Of a stretch of 64,000 bases of DNA, positions 1-8,488 are shown piece after piece. The stretch is from an uncultured Chloroflexia bacterium. GTDB lineage: Bacteria > Chloroflexota > Limnocylindria > Limnocylindrales > CSP1-4. Positions within the stretch are counted from its first letter, which is position 1. Each line of letters begins with the position of its first letter. Location of the stretch: contig CAWHHF010000022.1 of NCBI GenBank assembly GCA_963829105.1, positions 721,685 to 785,684 of the forward strand. Reading direction: 5' to 3'. The notes below the pieces were generated by a model, which saw nothing but the letters and a program-made list of their open reading frames with translations, was not told the DNA's origin and did not search any database. A program made the position numbers and the translations under genes.

Positions 1-431
1 CCGGCTCCCCACCGATTCTTCCGCGTCGCCATGCCGCGCTTGTCCGGAGCGCGATGTCGTCCGCCGCGGCGTAGGCATCGAGGGGCGGCTGCCGTGGAGA
101 CCAGCGGACTGCCCGTCGTCGAAGCCGCCCCCGCCGGACGCCGGGCAGCAGGCGTAGAACCGGGCAGCAGGCGTAGAAGAAGATGACGAGGCGGCGGCGA
201 GACAATAGGTCTTGCTTCCATCACGAATAGGCGTGCGACGAGGGTCCGGAGCCGCCTCAGTGCTAGTCGATGTCCTCGCCGCGTCACTGTGCGCCGGCCT
301 TCTCGGCGGCGGCCGGATCTTCTCCGAGGTCTGCTCCGTCGCCGTGCGAGTGTTGCAGCCTGCTTGGCCGGCTCGTCCGCGTCGACCGCGTAGACCCAGA
401 TGTTGGTGTCAACGAAGGATCGGGCGGTCAT
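1..431 (-). pseudogene. Degraded VapC-like PIN-domain toxin gene; N-terminus recognisable, body disrupted, runs off the window edge
   Basis: Reverse translation from ATG 431 gives MTARSFVDTNIWVYAVDADEPAKQ, a typical PIN N-terminus (DTN acidic motif). The frame then becomes Arg-rich nonsense. The ATG overlaps the stop of the upstream ORF (ATGA), as in TA pairs. A 19-bp tandem duplication lies inside the body. Confidence 0.35.
141..178. repeat. Perfect 19-bp tandem duplication (ccgggcagcaggcgtagaa x2)
   Basis: Read directly: 141-159 and 160-178 are identical. 19 nt is not a multiple of 3, so it shifts the frame in the PIN remnant. Confidence 0.95.
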
Positions 432-674
432 ACAGCTCGTCCCGCGTCGAGGGGCGCCCCGCTCCCCCACTCCCGGCGCCGGTGACATCCGCCAGCTCCA
501 GGACGGAACGCCTGGCTACGCCTTGCACTTGGCGTCGGTGCCGGCGCGATCTCGCGCGGACCGGTCCCGGCCAACGGTTCACGGCCGGTCGTACGGACGA
601 TCCCGTCGCCGGCGACGGATGGCTGGGTACGTTCGGGGGGTTTCCGCAGGCCCATTCCTCCCCTACCGTCCCGG

Positions 675-1355
675 GTGATGACGCCCCCGCCGAACCAGCT
701 GCATTTCGTGTTGCAGCGCACATGCGAGGAGATCTTCGAGCCCGACTCGGTGTCGGAGGCCCCGCTCGTCAGGTTCTCGGCGTACGCCTCCAGCCACCGG
801 ATCTTCGGCTGGGTCCGGCTGCGTGCCGACCGGTTGACGGATCTCCTGAACGCCCATGAGGAACTCCTGCTCACCGGCGTGGAGATCGAGGACCTGGAGG
901 ACGGCACGCGTCAGTGCTCGGAGATGGTCCAGGTGGCGACGCGGGATCTCGTGGCCGTCCACGCCACGGGCCCGCGTGGCGTGGACGCCCTTCGCCATCG
1001 GACGCGGGCACATGCCGTCGCGATCCGGGCCGGTTCCTACCTGGTCGCCGGCCACCTTCATGCCGAGCCCGGCGCCGATCCGCTCGAGAGCCTGCTGCAT
1101 CGACCCTCGATGGTCCCGCTGACCGATGCCTGGCTCGAGTACTGGTCGGACGGGACGCCACGGCGGCATGGCGTCGGGACGATCGTCGTCAACCGCGAGA
1201 CGGTCGACTCAATCCAGCTCGTGACCGACGACGACCTGGTCGACGGGCTCCTGCAGCCGTCCATGGCATCGATGAGCGCGCCCGCCATGTCCGGCCCTCG
1301 CCCGGGACAGGCGGCTCGGCCGGCGTCGGCCGACAACCGGGGACCTTCGGCTTGA
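675..1355 (+). CDS. Hypothetical protein (226 aa)
   Basis: ORF with protein-like composition (RIFGWVRLRADRLTDLLNAHEELLL, MVPLTDAWLEYW) and a low-complexity C-terminal tail. No family recognised. Confidence 0.6.
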   Translation: MMTPPPNQLHFVLQRTCEEIFEPDSVSEAPLVRFSAYASSHRIFGWVRLRADRLTDLLNAHEELLLTGVEIEDLEDGTRQCSEMVQVATRDLVAVHATGPRGVDALRHRTRAHAVAIRAGSYLVAGHLHAEPGADPLESLLHRPSMVPLTDAWLEYWSDGTPRRHGVGTIVVNRETVDSIQLVTDDDLVDGLLQPSMASMSAPAMSGPRPGQAARPASADNRGPSA

Positions 1356-1456
1356 CACCGTGGCGCATCCTTCGCGGTGTAGCAGGGCCGCCGACCGGCG
1401 GCCGACCCATCGTCGCCATGGCCACCGTGGCGTTCGGGTAGGAAGGAGGCAGGCCC

Positions 1457-2716
1457 TTGCTGTCGGCAAGCCCCATCGCCCGCCGCGCCGGATCCGTCGT
1501 CCGCCGCGTGGCCCCGTTCATCGTCGCCAGCGCGATCGCCACGGGCGGGAGCGTCCCGTTCGGCCTCGGGACCACCGTCGCCGCGTCGCCGGCCGCAGAC
1601 GCACCGCGGGTCGTCGTCGTCGTCGGACCCTCGGGTGCCTCCACAACCCGCTACCTCAAGCGCGCCCGCTCGTACGCCGCACAGGCTCGAGGCTACGGCG
1701 CCCGGGTGGCCGAGATCTACACCCCGAACGCCACCTGGAGCCGCGTCGTCGACGCCACCCGGGGCGCGAACGTGCTGATCTACCTCGGCCATGGGAACGG
1801 ATGGCCGAGCCCCTACGCCCCCTACCAGGGCCGGACCAAGAACGGGCTCGGCCTCAACCTGACACCGCGTTCGGGCAACACGAAGCCGACGTACTACGGG
1901 GAGGATCAGCTCGCAACCGCGCTCCAGCTCGCGCCGGGCGCCGTGGTGCTGCTGGGACACCTGTGCTATGCGTCCGGCAACGGCGAGCCCGGTGCACGCG
2001 AGCCGGGCTGGAGCATCGCCCGCCAGCGCGTGGACAACTACGCCGCGGGGTTCCTGCGGGCCGGCGCCGGTGCCGTCATTGCGGACGGCCACGGCAGCCT
2101 CACCGGGGAGCTGGCGGACCTCTTCGGCCGTGCGACGTCGCTCCTTGCCGCGTGGCGCGCCGACCCCGAGGGCAACGACAACGTGCGCCGGTTCGACTCC
2201 GTGAGGACCCCCGGGGCCACGCTGTACCTCGACCCCAACTCCGCGAAGGCCGGCTTCTACCGCTCCCTCGTCATGACCTCGCCGTCGCTCTCGACGGCCA
2301 GCATCTTCGGGACCCCGCTCCTCGCGAACGCTGCGACCGCGGTGATCCTGCGCTCCAAGGCAGGCACGACGGGCACCGCCATCGGGAAGCTTCCTGCTGC
2401 GTCGCGACTGGTCGTGACCGGTCCGTTCACGCGCGACGGCGCGGGTCGGACCTGGGCCCCCGTGAAGACCTCGACCGGGAGAACGGGCTTCGTCGCCGCC
2501 TGGCTGGTGCGGCTCACGGGTGCCGCGAGGCCGACCACGTCGGTGGTGCTGCGGTCTGCGCCAAGCGTGTCGAGCACGTCGCGCGGCACGATCGCGAAGG
2601 GGGCCCGCGTCACGGTCACCGGGAGCCGGCGGGATGCGTCGCTGCGGGTGTGGCTCAGCGTTCGGACGACGGTCGGCAAGACCGGGTGGATGGCGGCATG
2701 GCTGATGCGTCCCTGA
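1457..2716 (+). CDS. Secreted protein: clostripain-like (clan CD) His/Cys domain plus two C-terminal SH3b-like repeats
   Basis: TTG start 7 nt after GGAAGGAGG, with an N-terminal signal/TM segment. Has strand-HG (VLIYLGHGNGW, His112) and strand-C (VVLLGHLCYASGN, Cys170). Two about 60-aa repeats follow (VILRSKAGTTGTAIGKL..GFVAAWLV and VVLRSAPSVSSTSRGTI..GWMAAWLM). The N-domain is roughly half identical by eye to aa 30-270 of the 29441 protein. Confidence 0.8.
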   Translation: MLSASPIARRAGSVVRRVAPFIVASAIATGGSVPFGLGTTVAASPAADAPRVVVVVGPSGASTTRYLKRARSYAAQARGYGARVAEIYTPNATWSRVVDATRGANVLIYLGHGNGWPSPYAPYQGRTKNGLGLNLTPRSGNTKPTYYGEDQLATALQLAPGAVVLLGHLCYASGNGEPGAREPGWSIARQRVDNYAAGFLRAGAGAVIADGHGSLTGELADLFGRATSLLAAWRADPEGNDNVRRFDSVRTPGATLYLDPNSAKAGFYRSLVMTSPSLSTASIFGTPLLANAATAVILRSKAGTTGTAIGKLPAASRLVVTGPFTRDGAGRTWAPVKTSTGRTGFVAAWLVRLTGAARPTTSVVLRSAPSVSSTSRGTIAKGARVTVTGSRRDASLRVWLSVRTTVGKTGWMAAWLMRP

Positions 2717-2967
2717 GGTGGCTGACGCGTCCCTGACGCGGGGACACGGACCCTGACACCAAAACGGTCCCCGGTGTCTCAGCAGGGGTGAACGCGCGAA
2801 CGCGGGTTCGGGCCACGCATGGCCCAACGCACCCACGGGGGCGCGGATCAGGTGGCCGACCCGGCGTCGAGCCGACGGGTGATCCGGCTTCCACCCCGAA
2901 AGAGCAGGGCGATTTGGCGCAGCGACACCCCCTCCCGGACACGCCCACGGCGCCCGGGCCCACCACG

Positions 2968-3483
2968 ATGACGCCGGACGGCAATTCCGACGCGCCGCGC
3001 CCATCGCTCGATCCGCCGGCTCGCCCCCGGCCAATTCACGGCACCGTGCACAATCGGGCCGGCTCGCGACCGGGGCGAACCATCGCGGCGGCCGCCGGCG
3101 TGGTGACGACGCTGGGGCTGGTGGTCGTGCTGGCGCCCTACGCGGCGGCGGGATCGACGGCCTCGGCTGGCTCCTCATGCGGCTCCGCGACGTGCGGATC
3201 GGACGAACCGGCGTTGCCTTCGTTCGCCATCGCGGACGTCCTCGAGATCGCGGCTCCGCCTCCGCTCAGGGCGGGCACCCCGACGACGGGCGACCCCCGC
3301 GCGGACACGGCGGCGGCGAAGCCGAAGGCGTCGGGCCAGGCCGCGGGCACCGGGTCCAGGGCCACGCCCAGGCCGGCCACCAGGGCCACGCCCAGGCCGG
3401 CCCTCAGGGCCACGCCCAGGCCGACGCCCAAGCCCCGGCCAAAGCCGACGAAGGTCCCGACCGCGGCCAGTGGGAAGCCGTGA
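2968..3483 (+). CDS. Membrane-anchored Pro/Thr/Arg-rich repeat protein
   Basis: High third-position GC, one TM segment (IAAAAGVVTTLGLVVVLAPYAAA) and a C-terminal RATPRPA repeat tail. The start is uncertain (ORF opens at 2788; ATG at 2968). Its stop overlaps the ApbE GTG. Confidence 0.5.
   Translation: MTPDGNSDAPRPSLDPPARPRPIHGTVHNRAGSRPGRTIAAAAGVVTTLGLVVVLAPYAAAGSTASAGSSCGSATCGSDEPALPSFAIADVLEIAAPPPLRAGTPTTGDPRADTAAAKPKASGQAAGTGSRATPRPATRATPRPALRATPRPTPKPRPKPTKVPTAASGKP
3358..3429. repeat. 3 x 24-bp in-frame tandem repeat (agggccacgcccaggccggccacc)
   Basis: Read directly; it encodes RATPRPAT / RATPRPAL / RATPRPTP. Confidence 0.9.
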
Positions 3484-4343
3484 TCCAGGGTCGCGCCCGA
3501 CGGCGCGCGATGGGCGGCTGGATCTCGGCCGTGGTCGGTGGGGCTGACGACCGGGCCGCCGCCTCCATCCTCGATCGGATCGCCGCCTGGAGCTCCATCC
3601 TCTCGCACAGGGACCCGGCCTCCGACCTGTCACGCCTCAACGGCAACCCGGCCACGTCGGTCCGGGTCGGTCCGACCCTGGCCGCCGCCCTGCACGCGGC
3701 CGCCGCGGCCCGACGGCTGACGCGGGGCATCGTGGACGCCGGGGTCCTGGATGCCCGGCGCCGCGTCGAGGCCGGCGAGCCGGCGGTTCCCGCGGGCCGC
3801 TGGTCGATCAGCGGCGACGTCGCGGTCCGCCCGTCGAGCACCGGCCTCGATCTCTCCGGCGTCGCGAAGGGGTGGCTCGCGCAGCGCGCGCTCTCGCTGC
3901 CGGGGATCGTGCTGCTGCCGGTGGCGCTCGTCGAATGCGATGGCGACATCGCCGTCCGCTCGGATGGGTCCATCCCGTTCGAGATCCAGGTCGAAGACCC
4001 GCGAGACCCCGATCCATCCTCCCTCGAGCCGATCGCGACGATCTCGCTGCCCGCCGGAACGCCGGTCATGCTCGGGATCGCGACGTCCGGCGTCTACCGC
4101 CACGCGTGGGACGGCCGGGGTCACATCGTGGATCCCGTCTCCGGCGAGCCCGCGAACGCGGGCATCGTCACGGCGACCGTCATCGCACCCGATGCGATCG
4201 CGGCCGAGGCGCTCGCCAAGGTCGTCGTGCTGCGGGGTGCCGCCGCCGCCCCGATGCTCGCCCGGGCCGGCGCCACGGCGATCGCGCTGACCGACCGTGA
4301 CACGCAGCTTCGCTTCCCGGGGATCGAGCGCTGGGTCGCGTGA
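3480..4343 (+). CDS. apbE: ApbE-family FAD:protein FMN transferase-like protein
   Basis: Motifs SDLSRLN, DLSGVAKGWLA, HIVDPVSGEP and VIAPDAIAAEALAK. The GTG at 3480 overlaps the upstream TGA (GTGA). No signal peptide or lipobox of its own. Confidence 0.8.
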   Translation: MIQGRARRRAMGGWISAVVGGADDRAAASILDRIAAWSSILSHRDPASDLSRLNGNPATSVRVGPTLAAALHAAAAARRLTRGIVDAGVLDARRRVEAGEPAVPAGRWSISGDVAVRPSSTGLDLSGVAKGWLAQRALSLPGIVLLPVALVECDGDIAVRSDGSIPFEIQVEDPRDPDPSSLEPIATISLPAGTPVMLGIATSGVYRHAWDGRGHIVDPVSGEPANAGIVTATVIAPDAIAAEALAKVVVLRGAAAAPMLARAGATAIALTDRDTQLRFPGIERWVA

Positions 4344-4433
4344 TGCCGGCGGAACGGCTCGGCCGGCTCCCGCTGCAACCGGCTCCCCGCCGCGGCATTG
4401 CCGTTGCCGCGGCGCTCCGGCACGTGACCGAGC

Positions 4434-6275
4434 CTAGATCCGGCGGATCTCGCGAACGTTGTCGAACAGGGTCAGGACGGCCAGCCCGATGATCGCCGCG
4501 ATCACGATCGGCCCGACGAACTCGTAGAGCACGATGAGCGCGCCGATCCCCGCGAGGAACAGCGTCGAGCGCAGCAGCAGGGTCGTGAGGCGACGGCGGA
4601 AGGCTGCCTCCAGCACCGCGTAGACCGCGACCGCGAGCAAGAGCGCCACGTACCAGGGCATCGGCGTCAACCACGGCAGGGCCACCGCGCCGACCAGGAC
4701 CAGGCTGATGCTGACCGCCGACCACACTTCGACCAGCCGGCCATACCGGGTCATCTCCGGGGGAACCGGGTGGTGATCGTCGCGCAGGTGCGCGCGCGGG
4801 TCACCGTTGTCCCCGACGCGAAGCCGCTCCAGCTCGCGTGTGCAGGCCCGGATCGAGTCCGACAGGACGCCCTCCTGGGTGCGACCCTGGTTGACCTCGG
4901 CCTCGCGCTTTGCCAGCTCGGCCGCCCGGCCGGCGTGGATCGCGGCGAAGCTCTGGTCGGTGGACAGCGCCCGGACCTCAAGGTCGAGGCCGTCGAGGCT
5001 TGCCGCCTTGGCATCGTTCTCGGCCCGCAGCGTCGACAGCTCGGCGCCAAGCTCGGCCAGACGGGCTTCGAGCGCGGCGGGCATCCGGAACGGCGGCGCC
5101 GTCTTCGCGAGCCCGGCCCAGCCGATCGGGTCATTCCACGACTGGCGGATCGTGCCGGAGCGGGTGTACTTCGGCCCGGCGGGCGCCCGCTCGCCGGCGA
5201 AGCGGTCGAAGGTGTCGAGCCCCATGAGCCCCCGGTAGCCGTCGACCCACGGGACGGAATCGTCGATGAGGACCGGCGTCCAGGGCTCGCCACCGTCGCC
5301 CCCGATCTGGAGGCCGTCGCCGCGCGCATAGTCGATGAACGGGATGCTCAGCGCGCGCTCGAGCGACGCCGCGAGGTCGCCGGGGTCGGGCTGCCTCAGG
5401 GTGTCGCGCCAGAACGATCGAACGGCGTCGAGGATCCCGTGCAGGCGTCGCGCGCCCGGTATCGGTGCTGCGGTCATGTACTCGCCGGCCTCGAAGTAGG
5501 CCGCGTGCGAGCCCGCCCCGGCGTGGATCACCGGGTGAGAGCCGGACTTGACCAGGTACGGGTCGTCCCAGCGTCGCCGGAGCTGGTCGCCGGAGTAGTC
5601 GTGGGCGGCGCAGGCGAACCAGACCGGCCGCGGACCGTCGGGCGCGTCCTCCAGGAACACGAACGCCTGCTCCAGGTCCGACTCGTGGTCGTTCGCGCCC
5701 GCGAACGTGGAGCGCCAGTCGTTCATGAAGTAGAAGTACATGTAGTGGAGGACGATCCAGCCCTCCGAGCGGAGCACCCGACCGTGGAACACGTACCGGG
5801 GGTCGGCCTTGCGGACCTTCTCGTACTTCTCCGAGGCTGCGGCGGTCGTGCCGCCCGGGACGGTGCCCCGGAGGAGGAGCGAGACCGTGAAGCCGGTGTC
5901 GACGAGCCGGGCGAAGATCCCCACCCGCGCAAGCCGGCTTGGAGCGTGGAACTCTGGCCGGTCCGGGCGCCGGTTCCAGCGCGCGAGCTCGAGCCCGCTC
6001 AGCGGCTTCTGGCCGAGGCGCATGGAGAGGGTCTCGCCGGGAGGCGCTACGAACGACACCAGGCGCTCCTCGGTCAGCTCGCCAAAGGGCACCAGGAGTC
6101 GCCTGTCCCGCTCCGATCGCCCCACGAACAGGTCGCACTCGGGGATGTAGGAGTCGACCGCGGCCGGAAAGAACAGCTCGCCCTGGGTGTAGCGGACGGC
6201 TGGCTCGTACGCCCGCAGGAGCTCCAGGTCGGAGAGGCTCGTGGCTACCGGCCCGCCGGCCTGGGCTTCGGTCAC
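4434..6275 (-). CDS. Vps62-like (DUF946-like) domain protein with coiled-coil and 3-4 C-terminal TM helices
   Basis: WIVLHYMYFYFMNDW..NDHESDLEQAFVFL..HPVIHAGAGSHAAYFEAGEY resembles the Vps62 pattern (FY..N....HEGDWE....GSHA.Y). Also has a coiled-coil (LEARLAELGAELSTLRAEND) and a hydrophobic C-terminus. The GTG start at 6275 overlaps the upstream stop (GTGA). Confidence 0.75.
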   Translation of the reverse strand: MTEAQAGGPVATSLSDLELLRAYEPAVRYTQGELFFPAAVDSYIPECDLFVGRSERDRRLLVPFGELTEERLVSFVAPPGETLSMRLGQKPLSGLELARWNRRPDRPEFHAPSRLARVGIFARLVDTGFTVSLLLRGTVPGGTTAAASEKYEKVRKADPRYVFHGRVLRSEGWIVLHYMYFYFMNDWRSTFAGANDHESDLEQAFVFLEDAPDGPRPVWFACAAHDYSGDQLRRRWDDPYLVKSGSHPVIHAGAGSHAAYFEAGEYMTAAPIPGARRLHGILDAVRSFWRDTLRQPDPGDLAASLERALSIPFIDYARGDGLQIGGDGGEPWTPVLIDDSVPWVDGYRGLMGLDTFDRFAGERAPAGPKYTRSGTIRQSWNDPIGWAGLAKTAPPFRMPAALEARLAELGAELSTLRAENDAKAASLDGLDLEVRALSTDQSFAAIHAGRAAELAKREAEVNQGRTQEGVLSDSIRACTRELERLRVGDNGDPRAHLRDDHHPVPPEMTRYGRLVEVWSAVSISLVLVGAVALPWLTPMPWYVALLLAVAVYAVLEAAFRRRLTTLLLRSTLFLAGIGALIVLYEFVGPIVIAAIIGLAVLTLFDNVREIRRI

Positions 6276-6745
6276 GGCCGATCGTCCGCTTCGACCGCGA
6301 GGACCACGCTCGCCTGCTCGACCGGTGGTGCGAGGAAGATCTCCTTGACCTCGCGCTGGTTGAGGTAGAACGCGGTGACCACGAAGATCGCCAGGTTGAT
6401 GTAGTTCGGCGTCGCCCAGACCCAGAGGACGATCTGCAGGGCGAGCCCAAGACCGGTCAGCAGCATGATGGCGTACCAGCCGAACCGGTTGAGCCGCCAC
6501 AGGGCCAGCGCTCCGACCACGGACAGGAGCCCAAGCCCGAGGAACAGGTCGTCGAGGACGTGGACCTCGGTCCCGAACAGCCCCACCAGGCTCCCCGCCC
6601 GCGGTCCGAGGAGGCCGCCCACGGCGGCCAGGTTGGCGGCCACGTTGCCCAGCTGGAACAGCGTGAGCAGGACCACCCCGATCGGGCGCGTTCGCCTCGG
6701 GACGGTCGATCCGGTCGGGTCGGCTGTCGCAACAGCCTCGGTCAC
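6272..6745 (-). CDS. Small integral membrane protein (about 157 aa, 4 predicted TM)
   Basis: GTG at 6745 lies 7 nt after GGAAGGAG. Hydrophobic segments include VVLLTLFQLGNVAANLAAVGGLL and IMLLTGLGLALQIVLWVW. Translationally coupled to the Vps62-like gene. Confidence 0.65.
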   Translation of the reverse strand: MTEAVATADPTGSTVPRRTRPIGVVLLTLFQLGNVAANLAAVGGLLGPRAGSLVGLFGTEVHVLDDLFLGLGLLSVVGALALWRLNRFGWYAIMLLTGLGLALQIVLWVWATPNYINLAIFVVTAFYLNQREVKEIFLAPPVEQASVVLAVEADDRP

Positions 6746-6895
6746 GGTGGTGCTCCTTCCGATTCCTTGCGGACGGAGTGTAGATCGCGCGTGGCCCGTC
6801 GGGCGCACCGGGCGGCCGCCGGGTCGCGTTCGATCCCCTGACCCGGGCAGGTCCGTCCAACTGCCGAGGACGACCGCGCGTGGCAGACTGAGCCC

Positions 6896-7249
6896 ATGAA
6901 AGCTGTTCTGGTCGAGTTCGGCGTGCTCGAGCTCGATGGCAGGCGCTACCGGCACGACGTCGTGATCGATGGAGGGCGCGTCGGACGGCGCCGCAAGGGC
7001 CGGTCCAAGGCGCTGCGGGACGAGTACGGGCACACGCCGCTCTCGGTCGCCGAGGACATCCCCTGGGGTGGCGGCCGGCTGATCATCGGCACGGGTGCCG
7101 ATGGCTCGCTCCCGCTCACGCCCGAGGTGGAGGCGGAGGCGCGGCGCCGCGGGATCACGATCGAGGCCGTGCCGACGCGGGACGCTTGCCGCCGCCTCGC
7201 CGAGCTCAAGTCGCGAGACGTGTACGCGGTCCTCCACGTCACCTGCTAG
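6896..7249 (+). CDS. Mth938-like (DUF498) domain protein
   Basis: 117 aa. The pattern HDVVIDGG..GHTPLSVAED..RLIIGTGADGSLPLTPEV..GITIEAVPTRDACRRLAEL..VYAVLHVTC matches the Mth938/NDUFAF3-like family. Confidence 0.7.
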   Translation: MKAVLVEFGVLELDGRRYRHDVVIDGGRVGRRRKGRSKALRDEYGHTPLSVAEDIPWGGGRLIIGTGADGSLPLTPEVEAEARRRGITIEAVPTRDACRRLAELKSRDVYAVLHVTC

Positions 7250-7300
7250 GCAGAGCGGAAGGCCGGTCGGTTCAGCCGGCCCGTCGGGGCAGGAGCCCCG

Positions 7301-7976
7301 TCAGGGAAGCTGGCCCGCGACCGGTGGGGCGGCCTGGTACGTCTGCGGGATCGTGCCCGAGTAGTCGATGCCGCCCTCGACGAAGGTGAGCTTCTGCATG
7401 TCGAGCCCCGTGACCTGGGGAAGACGCGTGGCGAGGTAGGCGTTGATGGCGTCCTCGGCCTTCGTCTGGATGAAGCCCGGAAGCGGGAAGGCGCCGAACT
7501 TCAGGGAGTCGAAGTGGACGGTGGCGGCCTGCGGACCGGTGACCTCCAGGCGCCACGTGGCATCGACCGGACCGGAGATCGGATAGCCCCACGGGGCGAG
7601 GTCGACGACGGCGCTGGTCTCAACGTAGCCGTCGTGGAACCGGATGTGGACGTCGCTGATGCCGGGGGCGGGCTGGCTGATCTCCGGGAAGCGCCGCCAC
7701 GGTCGCCTCGGGCACGGTCTGGTCGAGCGGAACGGAGCCCGAGAACGTGTGCTGGGACGCCAGCGTGTAGTTCCCCACGGGCGACGGCGTCGTGATCCCG
7801 AGCTTCGCCTGCAGGGCCGCCAGGGCGGCCGGGTCCGCGGGCTGCCCGCCCAGGTCGGCGGCCTTGTCCATGCCCAGGGCGGAGGACAGGACCGGGACAT
7901 GCACGGCACCGGTGCAGGCGCCGATCAGGACGCCGAGGACAAGCAGGACGAGGATCGCGACCAGCAGCTTGCGCAT
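7301..7976 (-). pseudogene. Lipoprotein gene interrupted by a 1-nt frameshift near 7690
   Basis: ATG 7976 lies after GGAGGGAG, and MRKLLVAILVLLVLGVLIGAC is a lipobox signal. The protein-like sequence runs to ..VPEATVAA in one frame and continues as FPEISQPAPGISDVHIRFHDGYVE.. in another (ORF 7301-7909). Removing one C in gcggcgcttccc joins them. Confidence 0.55.
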
Positions 7977-8081
7977 CGAGGACTCCCTCCACGCGATCCC
8001 GTTCTCCGCGGATCGCCGGCGGCGGACGCCACGGCTATGGTACCGGTGTCGCGTCGCGACCCCGGGGGCTACGATCCGGGG

Positions 8082-8369
8082 ATGCGATACGTGCCCAACA
8101 TCCTGCTCGTCCTCTCGTTGCCCGCCGGCCTGATCGGCTATGCCCTCGCCGCGAACCTCATGACGGCCCTGCTTCCCGGGCTGGCCCAGACGATCCTGAT
8201 GCTGTTCGTGCCGCTGCTCGTCGCGGGCCTGTTCATGCTGCCGTTCCTGGTGCCGTTCTTCGACCGCAGGGCGAAGCAGGACCTGGCCGCCTACCGGAGC
8301 AGGCAGGGGCTCACGAAGGACGGCGGCGACACGCCCGCGGGGGGCGACAAGCCCGCGGACCGCGACTGA
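8082..8369 (+). CDS. Small membrane protein (95 aa, 2 TM)
   Basis: Starts at ATG 8082. Sequence MRYVPNILLVLSLPAGLIGYALAANLMTALLPGLAQTILMLFVPLLVAGLFMLPFLVPFF followed by a charged tail. Confidence 0.6.
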   Translation: MRYVPNILLVLSLPAGLIGYALAANLMTALLPGLAQTILMLFVPLLVAGLFMLPFLVPFFDRRAKQDLAAYRSRQGLTKDGGDTPAGGDKPADRD

Positions 8370-8488
8370 CCGCTGACCGCGGACGATCCCGGATCCCGGC
8401 CGGGCCAGCGTGGCCGCTTCGGTCGTGCGACCATCGTGGAGGCAAGCGCGTGGGTGCACGCATTCGCACATCGGTGAGGGCTGGGACC

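Noticed and set aside
1058-3178. 706-aa ORF on the minus strand
   Set aside because: It is antisense to the recognisable 1457-2716 and 2968-3483 genes. The composition is extremely Arg/Pro/Gly/Ala-rich with no motifs, which is typical of a high-GC shadow ORF.
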